Part shown: positions 24,950 through 36,924 of the stretch, in pieces
Position numbering within the stretch: position 1 is the stretch's first letter
Layout of the letters: the number at the start of each line of letters is the position of its first letter
Origin: Octopus sinensis
Lineage: Eukaryota
Assembly: GCF_006345805.1 (NCBI RefSeq)
Contig: NC_043004.1
Coordinates: forward strand, 8,556,001 to 8,620,000
Direction: 5' to 3'
DNA: 64,000 nucleotides
Position numbers and translations under genes: made by a program
The notes under the pieces: model-generated
Told to the model about the DNA's origin: nothing
Seen by the model: only the letters and a program-made list of their open reading frames with translations
Databases searched by the model: none

Positions 24950-25585
24950 TATCGGCCACACATAACGTACGTATCCTGTGTATTTACTGGCAGGCTGCGA
25001 ATAGCGCGGTGGAAATGACTCTCTCAAAGCTGAGAGTGACGGACAGGCGAGACATCTCAGCCCCGGATTTTATTCAGGATTGACGGACATCGCCATTTTT
25101 AGTGGCTTCTCAATATCGATGCCCATCGATGTCCATCACTCCTGAATGGGAACTGGTGTGAGTTGCCTCTCCTGTTCATGACTTTCCGGTGTTTTAACAC
25201 TGCGCGCTTTGAGGCAGTAACTTCCACCATGCCATATTGCAGCCTAGCGGCAAAAGCACGGGAGTTGTTTGTTGACTGTATGTGGTCGATAATTTTTATT
25301 TCACTGGCGCTGTTCCCATTTCATGTCTAAATTTATTCTTACCTTGTCCGGGCATACAAGCAAATCGTTTTCATACTATATGCATATAAGTCATGGACTG
25401 ACAATATGACTCACTTCCGATTCGGCTCCGGTATTTGATTAACCCCGAAAATGACAAAACAACGATGTCCATTACTCCTGAATGGAAGTTTTAACAGTGG
25501 CCGCTACAAGGCAGTAATATCCACCATTTTGTATTGCAGCCTTCCATCAAATACACAAGGCATGTACGTTGGGTATATGTGATCA
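24950..25585. mobile_element. MITE-like element with degenerate inverted ends of about 80 bp and an internal duplication
   Basis: 24950-25030 is reverse-complement similar to 25503-25582 and 25207-25265. CGATGTCCA(T/C)..ACTCCTGAATGG occurs at about 25128 and 25462. Confidence 0.45.
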
Positions 25586-25709
25586 ATAATGTCTATTACA
25601 TTCATGGTGTTTCTATTTCGTATTTGATTATATATATAACCTCCTATGAATCCATGTATATATGTAATATCTGGACTGCTGTCCATGTTGTTTTGCAGCA
25701 ATTCAATAT

Positions 25710-25886
25710 TGGCATCAAATTTTGGCACAAGGCCGCCAAGTTCAGGAGAGCGGGTATATCGATTACATCGATCCCACTGCTCAACTGGTACCTATTTTAT
25801 TGACCCCGAAAGAATAAAAGTGAAAGTCGATCTCGGCGAGATTGAACCCTGAACGTTCTAGCGATTTCGCCAATTCGCCGCCTTAC
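25710..25886 (-). mobile_element. SINE family A, single module, degraded
   Basis: Head ends CGCCGCCTTA; body matches the family A module. Confidence 0.75.
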
Positions 25887-25914
25887 ACAGCAATTTAAAC
25901 ATTAACACAAATAT

Positions 25915-26525
25915 AGGCGGCAAGCTGGCAGAAACGTCAGCACGCCGGGCGAAATGCTTAGCGGTATTTCGTCTGCCGATACGTTCTGAGTTCAAATTCA
26001 GCCGAGATCGACTTTGCCTTTCATCCTTTCGGGGTCGATAAATTAAGTACCAGTTACGCACAGGGGTCGATGTAATCGACTTAATCTCTTTGTCTGTCCT
26101 TGTTTGTCCCCTCTGTGTTTAGCCCCTTGTGGGTAATAAAGAAATAGGTATTTCGTCTGTCTTTACGTTCTGAGTTCAAATTCCGTCGAGGTCGACTTTG
26201 CCTTTCATCCTTTCGGGGTCGATTAAATAAGTACCAGTTATGTACTGTGGTTGATATAATCGACTTAATCTTTTTGTTCTTGTTTGTCCCCTCTGTGTGT
26301 AACCCCTGTGGGCAGTAAAGAAATAAGAAACGTTAGCACGCCGGGCGAAATAGTTAGCGTTATTTCGCTTGTTTTTACGTTCTGAGTTCAAATTCCGCCG
26401 AGGTCGACTTTGCCTTTCATCCTTACGGGTTCGATAAATTAAGTACCAGTTGCGTACTGAGGTCGATCTAATCGACTGGTCCCTCCTCTCCCAAAATTTC
26501 AGGCCTTGTGCCTAGATTAGAAAAG
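25915..26525 (+). mobile_element. SINE family A with three modules
   Basis: GAGTTCAAATT at about 25988, 26172 and 26384. Confidence 0.9.
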
Positions 26526-27250
26526 AATATCTACACAAATATAGTAGTTTCCTGCCAATGTTTATAAAGATGTGAAAAAGAGAACAACTGTATTTGTTAT
26601 TTTTTTTATTTAATTATGATAAGAAATAAGAATTTTGTTCTGTTATTATAGAAACAACAATAAATATAGAAGTGTTTTTGTGTGCCAAGGTCAGAGATGG
26701 ATTGGATATTTTCGTAGAACTAGACAGACTAACCAAATTGCGTGTTGTTTCCAAACTATCATCAGATATAATTTCTCTAAGCAACTTTAAACTCTTTGTG
26801 TATTGAAAGCATTTGACTGATTCGTTGAGCGTCCAATCTACAGGATTTGTCTCGTGCTGTTAAGAACACAAAACATTTATTGTGATGTGATTGTTATCGA
26901 GATTAACTCTCTGTTGGTTAAAGTTAACCAAGAATTTTATCGGGGTGGTGAGTATTTTAAATTCAATACCAGGCAAGCATATGAAAGAAAAGCAGCCTGG
27001 AAGTAAGGCACCCTGTTTGAATGTAATGGAAATTCTAGCTTTAACTGCAACAGCAAGTGGAGCTGTTCTTGGACTTGCTCTGGTCCATCTCATTACGAAC
27101 GTTTTAGAATAAAAAGTAACTAGCTTTCAACCTCCTCGAATAGAGGAAGAACAGTTGATGTTTATTAACCACACTTTCATGCCTGAGTCGATGAATTTCT
27201 TGATAACGTCTATTATTATAAGCAATAATTGTTCAATCTTCTCTTTGTGA

Positions 27251-27342
27251 ATATGCGCCACTAATTGATTACCAATGTGTGCCACTAATAGATTACCAAT
27301 GTGTGCCACTAATAGATTACCAATGTGTGCCACTAATAGATT
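27251..27342. repeat. 24-bp minisatellite (ATGTGTGCCACTAATAGATTACCA), about 3.8 copies
   Basis: Read directly; the first unit has 3 substitutions. Confidence 0.95.
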
Positions 27343-27718
27343 TTCGTATTATAATAAACTGATAATAAGTAATATTAAAAAAAAACTCACGATAAAGGAC
27401 GAAACGGTTAAGATTTACTTTGTAGCTCTTTTAGAAGTAAAGTTTAAAGCTGTTGGAGTTTCTTTTTCTCCTGTATGCCTATAAGGCTTTCTGCAGCCTA
27501 ACATGGGAAACTTTCCGACATAAATCTATAACGTACGATTCCAGGATGATTACAACTTATACGATAGACGACAAAAATAGACTTAAATTTATCGTGCAGC
27601 CATCTTCAAACTCTTTCAACAAGTTCACAAATTAGAAGTTGTTTTTGTTGGTTTTTATCATAACTGCCAATTTGATATTTTTCTTTGTTCGGTGGCATTT
27701 TATTTATTTTGTTTTCAG

Positions 27719-27860
27719 TATCGGGAAAATGTCTCTCTTTATTGGTTGCTGGGTATTTAGAGCATTGGCAGAATCTAGCGATCTTAAATGAGATTCATCA
27801 AGAGTTATCTATTTACTGGGACTCAATACCTTTCATAGAATCAGCCACCACAAAACTCTG
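27719..27860 (+). CDS. Candidate plus-strand exon: SGKCLSLLVAGYLEHWQNLAILNEIHQELSIYWDSIPFIESATTKL
   Basis: Strong acceptor TTTATTTTGTTTTCAG and donor CTG|GTGAGG; one frame open over 142 nt. No family recognised, so it may be chance. Confidence 0.25.
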
Positions 27861-27989
27861 GTGAGGTTTGCTCCAAAACTGGGAACTCTGAAATGCTGAG
27901 TTGATTTGTGGAGGTGAAATTCAGTTCAGGTCAGATTTCTTATATTTGTTAATTTTGTTTAAAATAATAATAACAACAACAATAATAAC

Positions 27990-29470
27990 AATGGGCACCC
28001 TGGGTATCAGAAGAGGTATTTTCCTGTGTGACAGTCTACCTGCGTTGCTTTCCGTTCTCTGCATGATACCCCTGACCTTGGTACTTAGGAAAATGAACCT
28101 GGGGTACCAACTAAAGGAATAACCCCAAACAATCAACCACCTCCTCTTCATGGATGATTTCAAACTACATGGCTAAGATGAGACACAAGTGAGGACCTTT
28201 GGGAACTCAGTCCCCTGTTTTAGTAGTGGTTTAGAATGGAATTTGAGCTCAAGAAGTGCTGAATAATCTACCTAAAAAGAGGCAAGGTACAGTCTATAGC
28301 AGGGATAGAATTACCGAATAGAGATTTGATTAGACAAATTGAAACAGAAGGATACAAATACGTTGGTGTACTAGAGTGCAACGAGATAATGGAAAAGATG
28401 AAAGAGCAACTGAGAATGTAGTATTTCCGAAGAGTGAGGTTGGTGCAGCGCTCAAAATTGACTGGATGGAATAAAATCCCAGTAGTTAATACGTGGGCGA
28501 TAGTATCACTTCGGTATGGAGCGGTAATTATAAAATGGCAAAAGAGAGAAATGAAGAAAATGGATAAAAAGACTAGGAAAATGTTGACACCCTAAGAGTG
28601 ATACCGATAGGCTGTACTTGTCCAGAAGAAAGAGTGGGAGCGGTTTGATCAGTTGCTAGGACTGTATCGAAGTAGTGGAAAACGGCTCCTGGTGGAATAT
28701 AAAAAATGCTATGGAGCCACAGCTGAAACGCGAAGAAGGCCGGTGTCATCAAAACTGACAGCTGTGTAACTAAAGAAAAGTTTAAACAAGAAATGAACAA
28801 AGAAAAAGAAAAACAAAAGAAAAAGCATGGAAGGAAAAAATATTCGGTCAGTTTGCAAGAGATGTGAACGCCAAGACAGATACAGAGGACCGGTGGCTAT
28901 GAGGAGAGGCCTGAAGATAGAGACAAATACAGTCATATGCGCAGCTCAGGAACAAGCGTTAAGGATCAATTATATGAAGTACCGATAGCAACAAACGCAG
29001 AGTGTGTGGTGAGATGGGTGAAACGGTATGGTACATCGTTAGCGAATGCCCGACAGTGGCACAACGCGAAATACAAACGACTTCATGACAATGTGACAAG
29101 AATGATCAATTAGGAGCTTTTTGGAAATCATGGCCTACAAAGAGCGGTACGAACAAACCCCAGAGGGAGTCACCGAAAATGAGAACAGCAAAATCGCGTG
29201 GGATGTAATGATCCAGTGCGATCAGCTGACCAGACACTGGAAACCGGACATTCCTGTGGTGAATAAAGAAAGAAGAACATGTATGATAATCGACATAGCA
29301 TGCCCCGGTGACAACAGGATCACCTACAAAAATCAGCATTGCTAGGGAACTACAAGAATTCTACGTAGGGTTCTTGAAGCATGACCAGTAAACAAGTATC
29401 ACCTTTGTCTGCTGGCTACGGACAGCTGACACTTTCCATCATACACAGCAAAATAAGCTGTGAGTTTTTA
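27990..29470 (+). mobile_element. Degraded R4/Dong-like (RLE) non-LTR retrotransposon
   Basis: IRRGIFLCDSLP..LCMIPLTLVLRKM...INHLLFMDDFKL (RT), a CCHC knuckle remnant, and IAWDVMIQCD...KPDIPVVNKERRTCMIIDIACPGD (RLE PD..D motif), followed by a (TAA)n tail. Confidence 0.88.
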
Positions 29471-29504
29471 ATATAATAATGATAATAATAATAATAATAA
29501 TATA

Positions 29505-29554
<50 letters not shown>

Positions 29555-29581
29555 GTGATGATAATAATAATAATAATAATA

Positions 29582-29622
<41 letters not shown>

Positions 29623-29667
29623 TAATAATAATATAATAGTGATGATGATGATGATATGATGATGATG

Positions 29668-29715
<48 letters not shown>

Positions 29716-30036
29716 TAATAATAATAGCCATAAAGTAATGTCTACCTGAAGTCCTTGTTTGAAATTGTAAAAATTTGGAGGTAAGAAAGGTGTAAAGGTT
29801 GGGCTTGTAATGACTGGTGCATTGGGAATTGAGAGTAAAGATGTAGACAAATGATTGACGGAGATTGAAACAGAATGTCGTGAAGAGCTTCTACAGAAAG
29901 TTGACCTCTTGTGGACAGGGAAGGTTATCAGGAGGGTCTTAAGCACTTGAAAGACTATTGAAAGATTGTGGATACCTAAGGTTAGAGGTAGTAACCCGCT
30001 ACCAGGGACATGAACAAACCTGAGTCAAATCATCAG

Positions 30037-30076
<40 letters not shown>

Positions 30077-30255
30077 GACGATGATGATGATGATGATAGT
30101 GATGGTGATAGTGACGGTAATGATGATGATAGTAATATTCTTTATTGTTATTCCTAATATAATTACCCAATAGGTTCATCCAGAAAAATTATTTTGGAGA
30201 TCATGTGTGGGGCCTCCTTAGGCAATAAAAAATCATTATTATTGTTGAAATTTTT

Positions 30256-30325
<70 letters not shown>

Positions 30326-30516
30326 GTTGTTGTTGTTGTTGTTGTTGTTTTAAAATATTTTCGTTTGTTCTGCTTAAGTAAATCTTAACACTGACTGAGT
30401 CAGTAACATTTATATTCTTTGCTAGAAAAACCAAGATAAGACTTATGGAATTAATACTAATACTAATAATAATAATGATAATGATGGTGACGATGATGAT
30501 GATGATGATGATGATG

Positions 30517-30565
<49 letters not shown>

Positions 30566-30635
30566 TAATAATAATGATAATAATAATGATAATGATAATG
30601 ATGATGAGGATGATGATAACGATGATGATGATAAC

Positions 30636-30689
<54 letters not shown>

Positions 30690-30763
30690 AACGATGATGA
30701 TGATGATGATGATATGATGATGATGATGATGATGACGACGACGACGATGACGACGACGACGAC

Positions 30764-30838
<75 letters not shown>

Positions 30839-30840
30839 AA
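29470..30840. repeat. Cluster of (TAA)n/(GAT)n/(TAT)n/(GAC)n trinucleotide repeats
   Basis: Read directly. They account for the poly-I/M/S/H/Y ORFs. Confidence 0.95.
29725..30040 (+). mobile_element. Second R4-like LINE 3' end
   Basis: VMTGALGIESKDVDK..TEIETECREELLQKVDLLWTGKVIRRVLST*, then a (TGA)n tail. Confidence 0.75.
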
Positions 30841-31102
30841 TCTATCAGCTGTCATGATCCATTTCCTATTCATTATACACAAACAATACTGAACTCCATG
30901 ACTATGTTTTGGCATTATATATATGACGCCTTATAATCGCCATTTAGCTATGTTTGTTTAACTTACCACGTTACCATCTCAACTATTTTGTCACAGTTCT
31001 ACTTGTGAATGAGCTTCCATACTTACACACACATGCCTGTATATGTATGTATATGCATGTATGTATATGCATCTGTGTGTGTGCATGTATTTCGTAAGTA
31101 AA

Positions 31103-31370
31103 GGTGCGTGGCCTAGTGGTTAGGGTGTTGCAGCTCAAGATCACAAGATTGTGGTTTCGATTCTCAGATCGTGCGATGTGTTGTGCTTTTGAGCAGGTCG
31201 CTTTTTCCCCCGTTGCTTTGCAATCATTTCCATATCTTACGTGTGGCACGCTGTACATCTGTAAATGGTAACATCGATTAGATGGGACGGGAGGGAGTCT
31301 GCTAATGCACAGCTCAGACATTTAATCACTATCAGAAAATCTTTTGAGGTTCTCCAACAACAAGTTGCGC
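31103..31370 (+). mobile_element. SINE family C
   Basis: Head GGTGCGTGGCCTAGTGGTTAGGG...GGTTTCGATTCT. Confidence 0.75.
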
Positions 31371-31766
31371 AGCCTTCATCTGCTTTCATTTGTCATTGGC
31401 GAATGTTATGTACGGATGCTGTCTTTCATTTCCAATTATTTGAATTCTTTTTCAAGAAGAAATTAGTTTCTGAAAAAAAAAGCCAAAATTCCATCACTTG
31501 AAGCTGAATAACAACATCATTGAAGGTTTACTTATTGAACTTACAAAATTCTTGCCTATTTTCATTGTTCTGCTTACAGATTGCTTTTGCAAAGTGCGTT
31601 TTGGCAGATCATTTAGTTTGACTGATTCACTTCACCTATATGTACGTCCATTTATTCTTAGAATGTAGTTGCATAGAATCTACGGAACTCTTATCATAAT
31701 ATTGTTATAAAAGAATATAATAAAAGCATTCTTTAAGCTTCAACAATTTTATTAGAAAAGAAGTGT

Positions 31767-31828
<62 letters not shown>

Positions 31829-31889
31829 CTGACAGATACATAGATAGAGAGAGAGAGAGAAAGATATATATATATATATATATCTATAT

Positions 31890-31937
<48 letters not shown>

Positions 31938-31954
31938 TAGATAGATAGATAGAT

Positions 31955-32003
<49 letters not shown>

Positions 32004-33019
32004 AGATAGTCGGGCGAGCAGTGTTGATAGTTAAAGCACATAAAAATGGGAGAGGATGTCAATTCCTTCATAGAGAGAAGCACTTGATATCCAAGTGAAT
32101 CATCTTCTCTGCCACTAAAGGGTTTATATTAATAAAACCGTGCAAGTGTCGAGAAAATATCAGAGATAAAACCTATTTTCCAGCCCCCTATTTTACGCAT
32201 CGTCGCTTATCACGAACCATAAAAATACAACCCTCATATTCTTATAAAACTGTTGCGTTATTAATTTCCCTTTAAGCTATTCTCCATTAAATTCACTCGT
32301 TATTCTCGAACACGTAGATTCGCTCGTTGCTTCTTTCCTTTTCAGTCAATATCTTTAAGTCTACATCTTAATGTTAAGATATTCGTGGAAGACGCGGACC
32401 CTACCAACGAGTCATTCGAGTTTTCATGCGACGCATATTAGGGTCGATCCGTCAGACAGATTCCCATGTGTGACTCCTTGCGAAAACTAGTTGCTCGTTT
32501 AACAAGTAAGCAGATATTTCGTAGTAAAGATATATCTGGCTCCAAATACTTACATGACACCAGTTAATTGGAGAATCTTGTCTACAACACTTCTATTCAT
32601 AAATAATTACATAGACATCTTGCGCGAAATAACAATTGATGCTGTCAGCTGATTACAAGCTATCAAATAACGTTTTGGGTTATGCTTTACCTGTGGCAAG
32701 AACGAGAGGAAATAAATTACTTTGACGCAGGCCTAGCTCAGTGGTTGAGCAGCTCGCTTTGCAACTACGTGGTTTCGGGTTCAGTCCCACCGTGTGGTAT
32801 TCTGGGCAAGTATCTTTTATTTATAACCCCGGGCGGACTAATGTCTTGTGAGTGAATTTGATAGACGGAAATTATATGCAAGTCCGTTGTACACACACAC
32901 ACACGCGCGGGCATATATGCTAATACACCTGCTTCTTGTTCCTATACCTATCTTCGTCTTTTTGTTTTTTTTTGTAAATTTAAACTATATATACATACAT
33001 ACATACATACATATATATA

Positions 33020-33362
33020 TGTATATACATATACTCTTTTACTTGTTTCAGTCATTTGACTGTGGCTATGCTGGAGCACCACCTTTAGTCGTGCAAATCG
33101 ACCCCAGGACTTATTCTTTGTAAGCCTAGTACTTATTCTATCGGTCTCTTTTGCCGAACCACTAAGTTACGAGGACATAAACTCACCAGCATCGGTTGTC
33201 AAGCGATGTTGGGGGGACAAACACAGACACAGACACAGACACACACACACACACACACAGGCTATAGTAGAAGACACTTGCCCAAGGTGCCACACAGTGG
33301 GACTGAACCAGGACCCATGTGGTTGGTGAGCAAGCTACTTACCACACAGCCACTCCTGCGCC

Positions 33363-33364
<2 letters not shown>
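33020..33364 (-). mobile_element. SINE family B with internal deletion
   Basis: Reverse complement of the 12550-12970 type. Another B head lies at about 32729-32890 (+) and a 3' half at about 41925-42085 (+). Confidence 0.88.
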
Positions 33365-33410
<46 letters not shown>

Positions 33411-34228
33411 GTATAAAACAAATAAGAAAATAGAGAAGATAATTACCAAACATCAGTCTGCAAACGTCAATTCGATCTATTTATTAATTACAATTAGGTG
33501 TAAATAAGTAAACAAAAATAAATTAATTAATTAATGAGAATAAATGAGTGAATAATACTGTATCCTTACAGCTGTTTCTAATTTGGGGCTCCACCCTGCC
33601 GAAGATGACTCTTTATATCAATATCATAGAGAGATTGTGCTAAAGTTGAATAAAGGTTGAACAGAAATTGGACAATAATTGAGCTCCAAAGCTTCATTAG
33701 AGAGTCCAAAATGGTAAGAATGAAACCAGTGAAGAAGTAAAATAAAACAACAAAATAGTAAAAATAAAAATTGATATTTGCAGGCTGATGTTTATTAATT
33801 AATTATCTTCTCCATTTTCTTCTTTGCTTTGTAAATTCTGGGTAAATTTCTGCTTACCGCCACTCATACCTATTATTCAACTGCTCTATGCAACAGTATA
33901 CCATGCAACAGTAAGCATTGGGATATAAACACGTAGGTATGCATCCAGTAGTATATTATTTATTTTTTATCCCTTAGGTGGTTGTTTAACTTCTAACTCA
34001 TATGCTCGGTTTTATCGATCTCATCGCGATGGAAAGTAAACTTAAGCAGGAATTGAACTCACGGCCCAGAGGGGTACAACAAAGACTACTAGGCATTCAT
34101 TCAGTCCCATGTTCCAACAACTCTCTCTCTCTTTTCGACGAACATCAGTCTTTGAATTTGGGAGTTGTATCGCCATGTCTTTTGAGAATTTCTCTGGCAT
34201 ACACATGCGCGCGCGCACGAATACATTC

Positions 34229-34270
<42 letters not shown>

Positions 34271-35099
34271 GTGTGTGTATATGCACACACGTACCAATAC
34301 ACATATATACATTGATATGCATACATATCAGTGCGCGAGTGTATACCAGACATATATGCACGCATACATGTATGAATGGGAGAGGGAGTAGGTGTTAAAG
34401 AAAAAGAAATATTCGGTAAAATAAAGATTCCATTGTATATACGCATGGACCCATTCTTTGTGCCAACCAACTTCCACATCCAACACTCGGCTCCAAGTAA
34501 AAAAGAAAAAAGAATTAAAGCGAAATTCCTCGAAACGCAACGAAGCGAAAGTCTTGCCAATCACAGCAAGTGTCAACATACCGTTCACACTAATAACTGT
34601 CCGTTTGCATTCAAATAAATTAGCGTTGAAACAACGAAGTTTAGTGAATCAGGGAAGAGATTTTAACTGCTGTTGATGTTGGCTTGAGATTAGAGGCTTA
34701 TCATTTCCTCAGCTACTTAATAATCCGTGCATATCTGATTCTCCTACGTAATTAAAACAATGTCTGATTGTGAATAAATACTTGGCGATAGAGACCTATA
34801 CATAAACATACATTCAAACACACACACGTATGTATGTATATACACATGCACATATGTATGTACATGCGTATGTATGTATATGGATGGATGGCTGGATGGA
34901 TGGGTGGATGGGTGGTGATGAAAGGCATAACTAAATAAATCATAAACGCAGAAATAAATCACATATTGACATAAAATTTGCCATAAACTCGTCTGAAGTG
35001 ACATCTTTCTTTCTTTGAATCTTTTAATGAAATTCTTTCTTGTGTCATTTCTCTGACGGCAAATTTCAGAGAGTCGTTGATTTATTGCTTACACATTCT

Positions 35100-35170
<71 letters not shown>

Positions 35171-35245
35171 CTCTCTCTCATTCTCTCTTTCTCACTCTAT
35201 TTCTCTCTGCATCAATCTTCCTTCTCTTTGTATACGAGTGTGTGC

Positions 35246-35313
<68 letters not shown>

Positions 35314-35380
35314 TAAGAGCATGCTAGATAGGTATAGAAAAATGCATATATATATATACATACATACATACATACATACA

Positions 35381-35416
<36 letters not shown>

Positions 35417-35589
35417 TATGCATACACATATATAAAATGGAAGAAAAACGCGATAGAGAACAATAAAACATTCGGATAGATAGACGATAGAAAGACGGAC
35501 AGGAGAAACAATAATTAGGAGAGGCATAAAAAGACGGGACATTCGTGATACATACATACATACATACATACATACATACATACACATAC

Positions 35590-35672
<83 letters not shown>

Positions 35673-35754
35673 TATATGAGTCGCCATGATAGATCGGTAG
35701 CCACTACACACATTTTTTCTCTCTTTGTTTCTCTCTTTGTTTTTTTCTGTGTCC

Positions 35755-35790
35755 CTTTCTGTAGAAGAGCGTAGGCTCGAAACGTAAAAG
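35755..35790 (+). ncRNA. Minimal type-I hammerhead-like motif in a PLE-end-like repeat (core variant)
   Basis: CTTT-CTGTAGA-A-GAGC(GTAG)GCTC-GAAA-CGTA|AAAG. Stems I and II are intact and stem III is the palindrome ACGT. The core has A6>U and an extra A. Confidence 0.45.
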
Positions 35791-36324
35791 ACTTTTTCTA
35801 TTCCTGAGCGTTATACTAATACATCTGTTTGTTTTCTACACCACCTGTCTTCGTCTTTTGTTTTTTTTCGTAAACTCTCTCTTTATACATGCACACTTTA
35901 CTGTTCTGTTAAGGTAAAATGAACAAAGTACTGCATCCAGTGAGAGTTGATATATCATCTAATGTACATAGTATAAGGCTGCGAGCTACGGATAGTTTCT
36001 CGTTGTGAAGACACGTGTCTAGGCAGGTTTATGAACGCGCTTTATAATGCAATCTTCGGGCTCTGAGCACATCGTCTGATCTATTTGAAAACCAGGATGC
36101 TGGTACAGGAAAATTCATGCGAAAATCATGCGAAAGAAGGTTGACAGAAAAAGTGGGAAGACGTAAAAAATAAGATAAAAATTACAGAAAAGAAAGAAAA
36201 TTAGCTATGCCCACCCCTTCTCCCTAAATGTTACCAGTAAAGTAGTTAAATAATTCATGTACACACACACACACATATATATTCCTATATATATATATTT
36301 ATGTCAGGTCACTTTCGAGTGCTG

Positions 36325-36630
36325 CTGTTAACATGTAACCCAGTACAACCTGTTGCATGGTCGGGCCGTCGGCGACTAAACCGGCAACCCCACCAAGCTT
36401 GCTTGGTGAGGAGGGTGTTTATTGGACACCCTGCGGGATGAAAAACAAAACCCGTCAAATGTCTTAAGGATGTATCATGTGCGGGGACATAGAAATAATC
36501 GGACTGAATACCCGATCGCGCGGTTAAACCATTGAGAGTGAAGGACTGCTAGCATTTGTTAGGGCATCCTTCTAGGAGAAGGTAACTCAGGTAACTGGGA
36601 TAACTCCGACATAAAACCTTCGGCTCAGTG
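36325..36630 (+). mobile_element. RTE-type LINE 5'-UTR-like fragment beginning with an HDV-like fold
   Basis: Hairpin-rich region (CACCAAGC-TT-GCTTGGTG; AGGGTGT..ACACCCT). CTAGGAGAAGGTAACTC...AAAACC resembles RTE 5' UTRs. No ORF follows. Confidence 0.45.
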
Positions 36631-36860
36631 GTTACCGATGATGCTGACTTGTTCTTCTTTTCGGGTTATGGCTGGTGTTTTTTTCTTGCACAGGCATTGC
36701 ACAATAACAACATTGTTCATGATTGTTGATGGTGCTGTGAGTTTTAATTGAATGGCTGGCTGTAGTCTTAAAAAGCAAATAAAAGTCACATTCGATCACA
36801 GCACCAATAACAGTTAAGCTTCGTGCAATGGCCATACTCGATAACGAGGAGGCAGCCATC

Positions 36861-36900
<40 letters not shown>

Positions 36901-36924
36901 TGGCCCATGTCTACCTTAATAGCA

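Noticed and set aside
25342-25480. Two strong minus-strand donors (AAG|GTAAGA and GAA|GTGAGT) with short open frames
   Set aside because: They lie inside the MITE-like 24950-25585 element, with mediocre acceptors and no phase link to the supported exons.
32346-32505. Plus-strand segment with a very strong acceptor and GTAAGC donor
   Set aside because: All three frames contain stops. It shows how often pseudo-exons arise here.
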